The translations under genes and the position numbers were made by a program. The notes beneath the pieces are model-generated. The model was given only the letters and a program-made list of their open reading frames with translations, was not told where the DNA came from and ran no database searches. 64,000 nucleotides of DNA, taken from NCBI GenBank assembly GCA_964019335.1, contig OZ025668.1, forward strand, positions 620,001 through 684,000. Direction: 5' to 3'. The DNA is from Diplonema japonicum. Its lineage: Eukaryota; Protista; Euglenozoa: Diplonemea. Positions within the stretch are counted from its first letter, which is position 1, and every line of letters starts with the position of its first letter. Below are positions 21,273-32,800 of the stretch, in pieces.

Positions 21273-21813
21273 ACAACAAAGGAAAAAGAGAGAACAAAAC
21301 CATCCACCCGGCCCATATAAATTATCGCAGGGCACAATAGCGAATAAGAGAAAGACAGCAGAGCACGTGAAGTGAGTGCTCGAGCAAGACGGGGTGCAAC
21401 AGTCGCAAATTAGTTTCTTGGTAAAAAGAATTTCTCGCAGCTTGAAACACATCAACATTTCTTTCTTTCTTCGGTTTCGTTTGGTAAAAGGAAAACACTA
21501 AACTAGAACTGTACTGAACTGAGCTAAAATGTGGTGGGAAATGGGGAGTTATTCTTTAGTATTCACCCCCGCCTCCCATTTTTCAAACGGTTGCCCTTTT
21601 AGATTTTTTTTTTTTTCTCTCGCACAGTGGCCTCCCTTTACTGTAACAACAAGTGGTTATTTTATTCAACAAAGGAGAAGAACCATATTTCAGGTCCAAA
21701 AAAAAAAATCGTTAAAACTTGTTTCTTTTTTTTTAACGGGGGTGGGGTGGTGTAGGGTGGTGAGAAGCGTTTGCATCCCATCGAGGGGCCAGAAGAAACC
21801 CACCATCGCACTT

Positions 21814-23763
21814 CTAAACATTGATACAGGACCGTATCTCCTCGACAGGCATACCCAGTTCCTGAAAGGCAGAGGCCTTCTGGGAGAGGAGGGTCTTGAG
21901 GTGTGGGCGTATATTCGAATCTTCGTCCTTCATGATGGTGCCATGCTTCGATTGAGAAAGGACATAGGCCACGAGTGCAGGGACATAGGAAGGGTCGTAC
22001 TCCGGTAGCTGTATGCTGGGGTCTGTGATGTCGCCAGCAAGGCCTAAGGGGCAGTACGAACTGTCGCCACCAATGTCGTACTGCTTGTCGTGGATGAAGG
22101 TGTGCCTCATCGTTGTGAACAAGAGAAGGTATCTACAGAGCTGCGTCAGGTTCTCGATGTTCTTTGCTCTGTTCTCAGGAGTGATGGTTTGGTCAGTCGT
22201 GATGGGCGACACCGCCGCCTGCTGCCCCAGCTTGTTCACCCCTCTTGGTGATGTTGTTTTGTTCAACTCATTCTCATCCTGCCACCCCTCCCCTGGCTCC
22301 TTGTACGCCACGCTGTTCAGCACTAGCTCGTCGGAGAACATCTTGACCTCCGCCCACTCTCGCTCGATCCCATCCTGGTGCTCTTTAATATAACACTCCA
22401 CATATTCCCCCGCAATTTCCCAGAATAAACACTGCAGCCTTGCGAACTTGTGTCCCTCGTATATCGGGTCCCTTGGGGAGAACCCATGCCAGTTCAGCTC
22501 CCCGAATGCACGATGGATCATGTCATGACACGCGCCAGGTGCTGGGGGAGCATGCTCCCTGAAGATCCCTGTATCGTTGGTAAGGGTGGCGTCCGCGATC
22601 TTGTTGATGCTCACAGTGCCCTGTTTGTGTGGCGAGAGGAGCGCGAAGATGGGGTTCAGCCTCACATGCTTGAAGAAGGGCACCACATATTGCTCGATGT
22701 TGAAGTGGCACGTCCCGAGGTGCGTCACAATCTGCCCGACCATCAAGTAACTTGTTCTGAATAGTAGCTTCACTCTGCCCCACATGTCGCTGTCGCCGTC
22801 TGCTGTGTGCACTTCCGGTTCCTTCGCGTACATCGCATCGGGACTTGATTGGAAGCCTCCTACCCGCTTTGTGATGTGCACCTCCTCCAGTGTGAAGGCA
22901 CCTCCTGCCAGTTTGAAGTATCCTGCAACGTTGGGTCCCCAGAATCCATCGACACTTACACCCTCGTACGCGAACTCGGCGCAATACCTACCCGAAGCGT
23001 CTTTCTTCAGCAGGACCGGGTTGAAACCGTTGAGCACCAGCTCCCCGTGGAAGGTGTCCGACGTAGTGGAGCCAGGTTGGGCTGCCTCCATCTTCATGGT
23101 GTAGTTCTCAGGTAGGCCACCCAAGGTTGACCCGAGCTTTTTAAGCACCGTGACGACGTTGCCCATGTCGGTGTCCTGCACAAGCTCGTCGCCGGGCCCG
23201 TGGTCTGCCCTTGGTGTCGGCCATTCACTTCTGTCAGCGTACTCCCACAGGTGTGCCTTCACGTCGCCCACGTTGACGTTGTCGGTGACATTGTGCATCG
23301 TCGTCACCGTCTTTGGAGCTTTGGAGAAGCGTTGGACCAGCACCCCTTCTCTGGTGTACCTTGTCTTCGGGAGGAAGGCCTCTATCTTGAGGTCCGGTTT
23401 GTCCAGAAGCCCTGCTGAGGAGGGGTCGTAAGTCAAGCAAAAGTTCCCGTCACTGTCCGTGACACCCTCCCCCAGCCTGTCGTCCAAGACGAGGTCATCG
23501 TCAAACAGCTTCAGCTTCAAGTTACCTATGGGCTTGCCTGCTAAATCGACGACCCTCCCCTGCACAGACTGCTGCTTCTTCCCCTCCCTTATCACTTCTG
23601 ACGCAGACGCCACCACTATGGCGGGGTTTGAAAAGTTCTGTTTGCCGCCAGGAGGCTGGGGCTGATTCTCCTTCGGAGGCTTTGCTGCTGGTTGCTGTTG
23701 CTTTTTTGTGTCTTTTTCCGGCGGTTGCTGCTGTTGCCCTTGCTTGCCACAAGCTCCACCCAT
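21814..23763 (-). CDS. Lipoxygenase with N-terminal transthyretin/carboxypeptidase-regulatory-like beta domain and a dual-acylation motif
   Basis: QIVTHLGTCHFNIEQY (H-x4-H), NPIFALLSPHKQGTVSIN, RHTFIHDKQY and C-terminal IRSCINV. N-terminal MGGACGK. VQGRVVDLAGKPI..FDDDLVLDDRLGEGVTDSDGNF marks the beta domain. Confidence 0.88.
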   Translation of the reverse strand: MGGACGKQGQQQQPPEKDTKKQQQPAAKPPKENQPQPPGGKQNFSNPAIVVASASEVIREGKKQQSVQGRVVDLAGKPIGNLKLKLFDDDLVLDDRLGEGVTDSDGNFCLTYDPSSAGLLDKPDLKIEAFLPKTRYTREGVLVQRFSKAPKTVTTMHNVTDNVNVGDVKAHLWEYADRSEWPTPRADHGPGDELVQDTDMGNVVTVLKKLGSTLGGLPENYTMKMEAAQPGSTTSDTFHGELVLNGFNPVLLKKDASGRYCAEFAYEGVSVDGFWGPNVAGYFKLAGGAFTLEEVHITKRVGGFQSSPDAMYAKEPEVHTADGDSDMWGRVKLLFRTSYLMVGQIVTHLGTCHFNIEQYVVPFFKHVRLNPIFALLSPHKQGTVSINKIADATLTNDTGIFREHAPPAPGACHDMIHRAFGELNWHGFSPRDPIYEGHKFARLQCLFWEIAGEYVECYIKEHQDGIEREWAEVKMFSDELVLNSVAYKEPGEGWQDENELNKTTSPRGVNKLGQQAAVSPITTDQTITPENRAKNIENLTQLCRYLLLFTTMRHTFIHDKQYDIGGDSSYCPLGLAGDITDPSIQLPEYDPSYVPALVAYVLSQSKHGTIMKDEDSNIRPHLKTLLSQKASAFQELGMPVEEIRSCINV

Positions 23764-23840
23764 CTCAAAAGGGATGCCTGTTTCTCTAAGTGAGTAACTG
23801 ACCAACGTGTAAAAAATATTATAAAAAGAAGTAAAAAATA

Positions 23841-24725
23841 CTATTTCTTTATCGCAATGCTACCAACCCCCTCATCGCTACTCTCGCTTGCCTCTCGATC
23901 CTTTACCTTCAACATTTTTTCGAACGCGTCTTTGCTTGTCGTGTGTTTGGGTGTTGGTTGTGCAGCTACAGGTGCATCTGCTGCTCGGCTTCTCTTCACA
24001 TCACTGAGAGGCTCTTCACAAAAAAGCTGCCTTTTAGTAGAAGGTGCACTAGAGACGAAGGGGACAGGGACGGAGGCAGGGGCAGATACGACAACCTTCT
24101 TTGGAGGTTCCTGAGAAGCTTTTGAGGTGATCAACGGTGCTGTGAAGACAGCACGGAGATACTCGATCTTGCCAGTGCCAATGCCGGGTATGCCGGCTAG
24201 GGACTTGGCTGGCGTTTCAGTGAGTGTGGCGATGTTGTTGTAGGTGGCAAGGAGCGTCTCTGCATCCTTCTTGCGGAGGGGCTTCATGTGTGCTGTAAGA
24301 ATACTTACAGGGGTTTCATCCTGTCCCTGATCCTGCCATTTCTTGAGCTTCTCCCGGTGATGGGTCTTCTTCCTAATTCCCTCTATCCACCTCGCGCACT
24401 CAGCGAAGTCCCACGCCACTAGCAGCCTCAGGCCGTACCGGAAGCACAGCTTGTTGATTTCTTCCATGCCCCCCATCCCCGATTCGTCCTTTGCATCGTA
24501 CATGCACACAAGGCATCCCTGCCCCCCTCCAGCCACACTGCGTAGCTTCCCCTCTAGGTACCCACTCTTCGTCATGTGGTACCTCACTGTCACGAACAGC
24601 ACCCCTGTACCAGCACTCGCTACGTAGTAGTCCCAGTTCATCGGGTGGTCCCGTTGGATAGGTTGAGACAAACTCTTCAACAAAGGGTTCCCATTCTGAC
24701 TGGGGCTGGCCTGCACCAACGACAT
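23841..24725 (-). CDS. ERCC1: DNA excision repair protein ERCC1/Rad10
   Basis: SPSQNGNPLL, DYYV..VLFVTVRYH, LLVAWDFAECARWIE and HhH LAGIPGIGTGK match ERCC1 central and HhH motifs. Confidence 0.88.
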   Translation of the reverse strand: MSLVQASPSQNGNPLLKSLSQPIQRDHPMNWDYYVASAGTGVLFVTVRYHMTKSGYLEGKLRSVAGGGQGCLVCMYDAKDESGMGGMEEINKLCFRYGLRLLVAWDFAECARWIEGIRKKTHHREKLKKWQDQGQDETPVSILTAHMKPLRKKDAETLLATYNNIATLTETPAKSLAGIPGIGTGKIEYLRAVFTAPLITSKASQEPPKKVVVSAPASVPVPFVSSAPSTKRQLFCEEPLSDVKRSRAADAPVAAQPTPKHTTSKDAFEKMLKVKDREASESSDEGVGSIAIKK

Positions 24726-24958
24726 GTGCCCTCTGGCTTCCCCCTTTTAGTATAGTGCTACAATCGGACAGAAGGGAACTTGGAGGTGCGGCGAGAAGTT
24801 GTGCTCCACACTGCACGGCTGGTGGGTCCCATTAACGAACGACTTTGCTCTTGCAAAAAAAAAATGAAAAAGGAGCCACTCCAAAGAACGAACACTGAAG
24901 GAAAGTAACTCTTGGAGAAGAAAGAAAAGACTAAAAAAAAAATGCAATATGGTGTTGC

Positions 24959-25290
24959 TCATTCTGGTGTGTCTTTGACTGGATCGCGAGCGATTACGAG
25001 CGTATGGCCTGCGTGTGTGTGTGTGTAAAGGAAGTCGTACCATGTTCTTTTCTAAGGAATATTGTTCGCTGGTCCGTGGAGATGCACACCACCCCTGGTT
25101 CCCTATTAGGAGCCAGGCTCGCCGCTGCCGTAGCCAAACTACTCATCATTTCCTCCTTTCCGATGGGCCCCATGCCCGCCCGATTCTTTCTTGCAAGCAG
25201 CAGCCCGCAAGGGTCCACCAACGCCGCCCCCTGCACGCTCGCGTCGGAGGTAATAATATTCTGCAGCGAATCCTTCAACCCTGACTCCAT
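24959..25290 (-). CDS. LAMTOR5: Ragulator subunit LAMTOR5-like roadblock protein (99 aa, 2 exons)
   Basis: MESGLKDSLQ..VQGAALVDPCGLLL..SLATAAASL..VVCISTDQRTIFLRKEHG|HTLVI parallels LAMTOR5. Intron at 25009-25040 (32 nt). Confidence 0.8.
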
Positions 25291-25469
25291 CTTGTGTCCT
25301 GCGGTGGTGGTAAAGGGATAGCAACAACTCAACAAGTATTTTAGAAAGAAAAACAAAAAACGGTTTATAATTTCCTTCCCTTTTTTTTTTGTCTGTTAAA
25401 AATAAATAAAGAAAATAAAAGAAAAAAACACTACACCCTGCCCCCCGCCTCGTATGGTGTAAAGTGCTG

Positions 25470-26297
25470 CTACATGTCGACAGCCAACTGCCGCCTCACT
25501 TCGCTCATGACGCAGTGGAGGACTTTGCTGAAGCTGTCCTCTGAGGACGTGGCACGGGGTATTGGCATAAGTGCGGGTTTTGTCTCGCGTTTAAATTCGC
25601 TTTTCGGTTCGAGCATGGGCATGGGCATGGGTTCCGGTTCAGCCTTGGCCTTCTTGTGCGGGACGGTGGGGACGTCGTCAGCATCAATATCGATGAAGGT
25701 GACTGTGGAGCGGCGGGGTGCGGGAGGGATGTCGAGGATGCGCTTGCGCACTTTCCGTGGGCTTGGGGTGCATGGCAGCGGTTGGGCAACTGGGGTGGGC
25801 TGGTCCTCGGGGGCCTGCGGGATGTCATACCGCCAGAGCTGAGGCTCCGCAGCAGTACGGGTGACGGTTTCCAGTGTTGCCATTCGTTCGCGCGCCTCGT
25901 GTGTCGAACGGTCCTTGTTGAGAAGGTCCCTAGTGGCCTTGTTGATTCTGTAGACAAGCACCTGGCGGGGGTTCTCTGCACTGCGCACGTTGCCCTGCGA
26001 TAGAACCGTCTTCAGCACACCTTCTTGCTGAGAGTTCAGTAGCATCACTGTATCCTCGTCCAAGTCGTTGTCCCTTGCGAACACACTCACAGGCGGGCAC
26101 AGCGGACCGCCATTCGCAGCCACCATCCTTGCCTCAAGCATCGCGCTCGGGTTGATCGCATCGGTCAACGTGCCCTTGCTCATCACCCGTCCCCACAGCT
26201 TGCTGTCAAGCCATGTTAAAAACCTGCTCTTGGCGTTCTCGTCAACCGCCTCTAGGAACAGCGCGACATCAGCTGAGAGGGCAGACGGGCTTTCCAT
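25470..26297 (-). CDS. Protein with two hnRNP-Q acidic-domain-like helical repeats and a Pro-rich tail
   Basis: Repeats VDENAKSRFL..VMSKGTLTDAINPSAMLEARM and LDEDTVMLL..VLSQGNVRSAENPRQVLVYRI. Start MESPS at 26297; upstream ORF sequence is low complexity. Confidence 0.6.
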   Translation of the reverse strand: MESPSALSADVALFLEAVDENAKSRFLTWLDSKLWGRVMSKGTLTDAINPSAMLEARMVAANGGPLCPPVSVFARDNDLDEDTVMLLNSQQEGVLKTVLSQGNVRSAENPRQVLVYRINKATRDLLNKDRSTHEARERMATLETVTRTAAEPQLWRYDIPQAPEDQPTPVAQPLPCTPSPRKVRKRILDIPPAPRRSTVTFIDIDADDVPTVPHKKAKAEPEPMPMPMLEPKSEFKRETKPALMPIPRATSSEDSFSKVLHCVMSEVRRQLAVDM

Positions 26298-27487
26298 CAC
26301 CTGGTCGGTCGTGAAGGCAGGTAGAGAGTTGACGGAAAGAAGAAGGAAAACAGAGCAATGAAGGAGAAAAAAAAGGGGGGGGGATGGACGTTTGTAAAGA
26401 AAAAGGGGGGTGGATAAAAAAGCAGGGGGATAAAAAAAAATGTCGTTGTAAATATATTTTGGCAAAAGAGATGGATAAGACCGGAGGCCGGAGGTGGGGT
26501 ATTCCTGCGTAAGGGTTACGAATAGACCCCGCGCCCCTGAGGTGACAGAACTCATTGCAGCATATATTTTCAAATGATGGTACAGAAAAAAAAAAAAAAA
26601 AAAAAGAAGAAGAAAGCCCGGTGAAATGGTCCTTTTTTTATTTATTTTTTTTACAGCTTTCTTATCAAAAAAAAAAAAAAACTTTTGTGTGATGATCATC
26701 AAATTGGCATTGTAGAAAGAGGGGATGAGAACAAAACGAAGATGAGGGCGGGGGCGGCTTCTTTTTTTTTCTTTTTTGAAGTAACCCAGCACACTCATGC
26801 ACCTACATCTTATCCAGTAGCAACTGTTACATGAAAGATACCTAAAGAAGAAATGTGGTGTAAGTCTGTAGACAGACTAACAAGCCGATACTCTTCTGTT
26901 TTAGGGGAAATGAACAAGGAGAGAGGCTGCAAGAGGGGGGGGGGGGGGGGGGGTAAGGGATAGGAATGGAGGAGACGCCGAGTTCAGCAATCCTACTACA
27001 CTTATTTAAAAAGAGAAGAAAAAATACACCCCCCCCTGCCATTTAAACCCACTTCCTTTCCTACACCACTCCCAATACCCCATGAAAAAAAAAAGAAATT
27101 CATGTTTGTTACTTTATTTTTGTTAAGACTGCACCCAGAATACAAAAAGCTTTTTTTTTTATCCGAACCTCAACCTCTTACCCAATGAAACCCAGAGGAG
27201 TGAGGGAGAAAAGAAAAAAAAGGGGGGGATGAGGGGGGGGGGGGGGGGGGGAAGAGACAAAAAAAACCGCCTGATCCTTTGAAGAGAAGTGCGAGATAAA
27301 AAAAAGGGGGTTTTTTGTCAGGTATATCACGAGGGGAGGGGACATAAAACCCCATTTCCTGGCCCTCCTGTCTCCCTGAATAAACCTCCTCTTTAGGTAA
27401 CCCTCCAGTGGCAATCGAAGCGAAGGGAAAGGGAATAAAAAACACTTGGGGGGGGGGGGGGGGGGGGATCTTATAAATTTACGGCTT

Positions 27488-27643
27488 TTAAACACCTTCC
27501 TCCTTATCATTCGAGCGATAGGCATCAATGATATCTTGGACGAAAGTTTGATTTTGCGTTCGGGTGTAGATGGTTTGCGGATTAAGGAAGTCCTGGTTGT
27601 CGAAAATGATGCACATGTCAGATCTGTTGTTGTTGTTGGTAAT

Positions 27644-27678
<35 letters not shown>

Positions 27679-28733
27679 CTTCTTTCCCCCCCACACCTTG
27701 TAGGGTCCATGAAGTATGTGATTGCGCTCATCGCGGACTCCCACTTCTTCCACGTCCCATCGTTCCACCTCCCGTTCTCATGTGCCCTGTTCAATGCTCT
27801 AGCACGTGCTTCCTTGTACGACACCACAAGGCCGATCACGTCCACACGGTAGCCTTGCGCACGGACATCTTCGACTTCCTTCTTCAGCTTCTCCATATTG
27901 GAGCCTGTGCTGGGCAGAATGATATTCTTCTTCTCCGATATGGCGTGTTCTAAGAACCGTTTTTTCAGCTTCCGTGTGTAGGGCAGCAGCACGTTGAGCG
28001 CCTCTCTGTACCCTGTGGTCTTGTCGTTGTTCAGTACCGACATCCACCCCTCGTGCTTGTTCCTGAATTCATCGCCATCTATCTCCACGTACTCGTCCAG
28101 TTTGATCTGTAGCATCTCTTCTGTTTTTGGCCGCACTGCCGACTTCCCGGCTGCTGCCGGGCCTATCACAAAGATCGCTCTGGGGTCGATGTCTGTCTGC
28201 GGTGGTGCTGAGTTTAAATGAATCGCCTCCTCGATCGACAGCACCTCCTCTGTGGTGAACTCCCTGTCCACCTTCTGTCTTACGTCTTCGGGCATCTTGT
28301 CCTGCCACACTCGGCCTGGTAGGCATTTTTTCGTTTTGAAGTCCCAATATATATTCCCGCACGGGTGGTTCACACATGCATGCAAGCCATTGATTGACGA
28401 CAGCCCCGCCAGTAGTGCGTGGTACGCCTTCACCTGCTCCTCTGTTATGAGGTCCTCTGGGCGTTTTGATGTCGACTTCCACACCGACATGGCGTCCTCG
28501 TTCTCCCTCCGCGACGCCAGAGCCAACGAGGTCATCCTCTTCACAGCGAACCACTTCCCCCTTGTGCTGCCTTGCTTGCCCTCCTCGTCGTTGTACCCTT
28601 TCCTCCCGCTGCCCCCCACGCTTGCCGATAGCCTTCTGTCATCTTCTTTCTCACCGAAGTCCGTTTTCTTCACCGGTAGGGTCTGCACTACCTCGTCTTT
28701 GCTTTTTTCCTGCACTGGGACTTTGAATTTCAT
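27488..28733 (-). CDS. Zeta-toxin-family P-loop kinase (390 aa, 2 exons)
   Basis: AIFVIGPAAAGKS, EIDGDEFR, AISEKKNIIL, RAQGYRV, ARALNRAHENGR, IIFDN. Intron at 27624-27696 (73 nt). Confidence 0.85.
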
Positions 28734-28873
28734 ATTCCCCTCCCCCCCCTCCCCTGGCTTACTCCCTGCGGTGTCTGCTTGCAGACTGTGAGAAAATATC
28801 AGCAATAGCAGACCATGGGCAAGAGCGCAAGAGGCGCTTTATGACGAAATCAAATATATTGTACAGTGAGCTT

Positions 28874-29573
28874 CTATGACCAGTCAGCCAGGGCATCCCA
28901 GCCTTCCTGGGGGGTTTTGTTGACTTCCCCATCAGAGCTTTGACCAGGCTCGGCTTCCTGGAGTGTGGTACTAGCATCTGCGCTGAGTTTCTGTTCGAGA
29001 CAGGCAATTCTTTCCTTCAGGATTTTGTTCTCGGCACGGGATTCTTTTAGGAGCTTCATCAGTAGCTGCGGGTCGGGTTCTGCGTCCCATTCGCTGGCCT
29101 GCTCGTCGAGACTGGCCTTGCTCTCGATGGTTTTGATAAGTGCTTGCCTGTCGTGATCCCTGTGCGTGTTGTGTTGAGGTTGAGGTTGGAGCATACTTCT
29201 TAAGCTCGTCGATCCTGTAGAAGTATCTCTCCCAGAAATCGTTTTCCTCTACCTTCTGCGGGCATAACTCTTCATAGAACGTCCTCACCCTTACGCTCTG
29301 TTCTAGCACCTCTGCGATTCTCTTCTTCTGGCTCTCTTCATCCCGCACAGCATGCTCCGCCCATGTCACGTAAGCAATCTCTTCTGTGTCAATCGGTGTC
29401 GTGTAATTGCTGACATCCTCCTCGAATGCCTCTAGCGGGCTGACCCTCTGGTTTTTCTCTTCCTTCCCTTCCGACTCCTTCAGTATGCCTGTCGTGTCTT
29501 TCTTCACCACAGTCGCAAACTCCGTCAAGTCCTTCTCCAGCACCTGCGCCTGGGTCTTCACCCACTGCAGCAT
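28874..29573 (-). CDS. BSD-domain protein (220 aa, 2 exons)
   Basis: VRTFYEELCPQKVEENDFWERYFYR is the BSD signature. Intron 29160-29196 (37 nt) joins ORFs 28971..29573 and 28874..29194. Confidence 0.88.
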
Positions 29574-29831
29574 GTTGCAATTCCTTCAAGTGGGTTTACT
29601 GATGCAACTAATCGTAAACTGAACAGGGCTACATTGAGGAAAGACTGCTCGCCAGAATGATGTCAGGGGAGAAAAAAAAACAAAGCGAAAAGAGTCTGAA
29701 CTTTTTTTTTCCATTCTTATTTTCATCGTTGTCCAAATACATAACGCAAATGCAGAGCGAGAACAAGGGGCAAACACAAAACATAGAAAACAGAAGCAAA
29801 TTTAAGAGGAAATAAATTGAGGATGACCTTG

Positions 29832-32800
29832 TTACAGCACGTACTCCTTGACATTGGTGTCGTTCTGCTTGCTGCGGAAAGGCGACGTGAAGACGGGTGA
29901 GGTGGGTTTCTTGTGGAAGCTCCCGTCCTTTAAGGGACTGGACGCGCCTGGATCCTTCTTCTTGACGAGATTCCTGAGCCACGTACGTGGACGGGATCCC
30001 TGTGTTGCTTTGTGTTGCTGCTGTGTCATACCTCTTCGATTTGCTCTACGCTGCTCTCCCTCTGTCCTATCTGCGCCCTCAGCTCTTCTGCTTCATTCTC
30101 CATCACCGCCAGCCTCTCTGCCGTCTGTTGCACTTCTTCGAACCTCTGTTGCTCTTCCTTTTCTAGTGTCTCAGCGTTAACCTTCAGTTCCACCACCTCC
30201 ACCTAAGAGGGTTTGCTATCAACCAACTTGCATACCTGTGCAGCCACAAGCTTCTTCGTCAGAACTGCAATCTGTTCCTTCAGGTGCACGTTGCGCACCG
30301 CTAGCTCCGACGGCGTTGCACCCAGCATCACCTGATGTGAATACAACATAAGGCAACATGCATACCTCGCGTGCCTCCAAACGGATCACTGCGTCATCGG
30401 TGCCCTCCTGCAGTGTGAAGGCCACGTCCCCCCGTGCCAGGGCCTGCACCACCGTTGTCAGCGTCGTGAAGGGCTTCCCGTTGACGTACTTGATGATCAT
30501 CCCTTCACGCATCCCTGACCGCTCGGCAAAGCCACCAGGTGTCACCTTGCATATCACGTTGCCGTCAATCTGCATATCGAGGGACGCAAGGCCCTTCTCA
30601 AGGGTGAAGGTGTACTCCGACTTCCTGAGCGAGTCCTTCGTGTCGTGCAGGGCCTTCTTCAGGTCGATATAAGTCTGCATCAGGCGGTCCTGCAGCGCGA
30701 AGGCATCCACTGCGGGCTGCTCCGCAGGTGATCCTGATCCGGATAGTTTCGTACTGAGGACGTCAACTTCGGTCTGCAGCATCACAACCTTCTGTCTGCT
30801 GTCATGTTCGCTCACCTTCAGCGTTGCGGCCTCATCTCTCGCACGCTGCAGCTTCCGCTGCCACATGTCCCTCTCATCGGCGAAGCGTTCAAATGCGTTG
30901 GCGTCAACATCTACCATCCTTGCAAGCCTGTCCTTCTGTTCTTGCGCCTGCCTGCCCACGGTAGACAGGGCCAGTGCAAGCTCGTCTTTTTCTTTCTTCA
31001 TTTTCAATAGTTCCTTGCTCTCATGGCCATTGCCTGGTGTGTTTAACATGTCTGCCAACTCAGCCTTTGCAGAATCATGTTCCTTCTGCGTCTTGCTGAG
31101 CACCTCTTCCAGCGTTGCAATGCTGTGCCGTGCGCTTGTCAGCAAGGCCTTCAACTCCTCAACCTCGGTTCTTGCAGCTTCATCTTTGGCTGGATTGGCT
31201 TCTGCCGCTTCATGGTCCGCTTTGGCGCTCGTCAGCTGCCTCTCGAGATCATCTATCGTAGTTGCTGCATTGTTCGCTTCTCTCGAAGACTTACTTATCA
31301 GCGCTTGTATTTCCTTCGCATGTACCTCCACTTGTTCCTCAAGTCCTACCGCTCCTTCCTGCCTTTTACTGAGCTCGGTCTCCAGTTCTGTTATTTTCTT
31401 CCCGAGGTTAGCAAGCTCGTCTTGTAGTGTCAGCACCTCTCCATCCTTCTCTCCCAACTGCGCAACAAGCCCTTTCGCTACTTCCTGACCTTCCCTCAGC
31501 TCCGTCTCAAGATTGCCTACTTTACTTTCAAACTCAGTGGCCGTTTCTTGAAGTTGGTTCTTCATGTCCGTTTCAGCCACCAAAGATGCTTCAATGCTCT
31601 TAACTTTTGCCTCAAGTCCTTCGACAACTGCCCTTGAACCTTCTGCCCCTTCAAGCTGGGCCTGCTTAAGGATGGTAAGCTCTTCTTCGAGTGATGTGAC
31701 CTTCGCTGTTTGCAACTCAGAATCAGAAATCAGTTTTGCAGATACCGCTTCTTTTGCTTCCAGTTGTTCTTTTAGTGTAACTACTTCAGTGTTCCGTGTG
31801 TCAGTTTCCTCTTTCAGTGTTGTCATCTCTGCTTCCGCTGCTTCAAGTGCCGCCCTCTTCTTGGATACTTCTTCCTCCAAGTCACTTATCTTGCTGGCCA
31901 TGTCACTTGAGGCGGTTTCCATGTCTGTTAACTTCGCTGACAGCTCTCCCTGGGTATCAGCACTGCCCATCAAAGCGGTCTTCTCTTCCTCCAGTGCAGC
32001 AATTTTCACTTCCTGTTCTGCGACTGTACTTTCCCTTGTCAGAATAACCGCTTTCAAGGATGCCACATCCTCTGACAGTTGCACGTTGTTGCATTTCACC
32101 TCCTTCAGGTCTTTTTCCAATTGGGTGCACTCTGCTTGCTTGGTGCTGGAGGCACCCTGTGAATCCAACTCCTTCGCCTCCAGTTCTAAAAGTCTGTCAG
32201 TTAATGCTTGAACTTCTTCGCTGTGTCGTGTTTCCTTATCCCCCAACTGTGCAATAAGCCCTTCTGCCACTTCCCGACCTTTAGTCAATTCAGTCTCAAG
32301 GTCACCCACCTTACTGCTGTATTCGGTCGCCTTTTCTTCCAGAGACGTTTCAATGCTCTTAACTTTTGCCTCAAGTCCTTCGACAACTGCCCTCGAACCT
32401 TCTGCCCCTTCAAGCTGGGCCTGCTTAAGGATGGTAAGCTCTTCTTCAAGTGATGTGACCTTCGCTGTTTGCAACTCAGAATCAGAAATCAGTTTTGCAG
32501 ATACCGCTTCTTTTGCTTCCAGTTGTTCTTTTAGTGTAACTACTTCAGTGTTCCGTGTGTCTGCTTCCTCTTTCAGTGTTGTCATCTCTGCTTCTGCTGC
32601 TTCAAGTGCCGCCCTCTTCTTGGATACTTCTTCCTCCAAGTCACTCATCTTAGTGACCATCTCACCTGAGGCGGTTTCCATGTCTGCCACTTTTGCATTG
32701 GATGCAGTTAACTTTGCTGACAGCTCTCCCTGGGTATCAGCACTGCCCATCAAAGCGGTCTTCTCTTCCTCCAGTGCAGCAATTCTCGCTTCCTGTTCTG

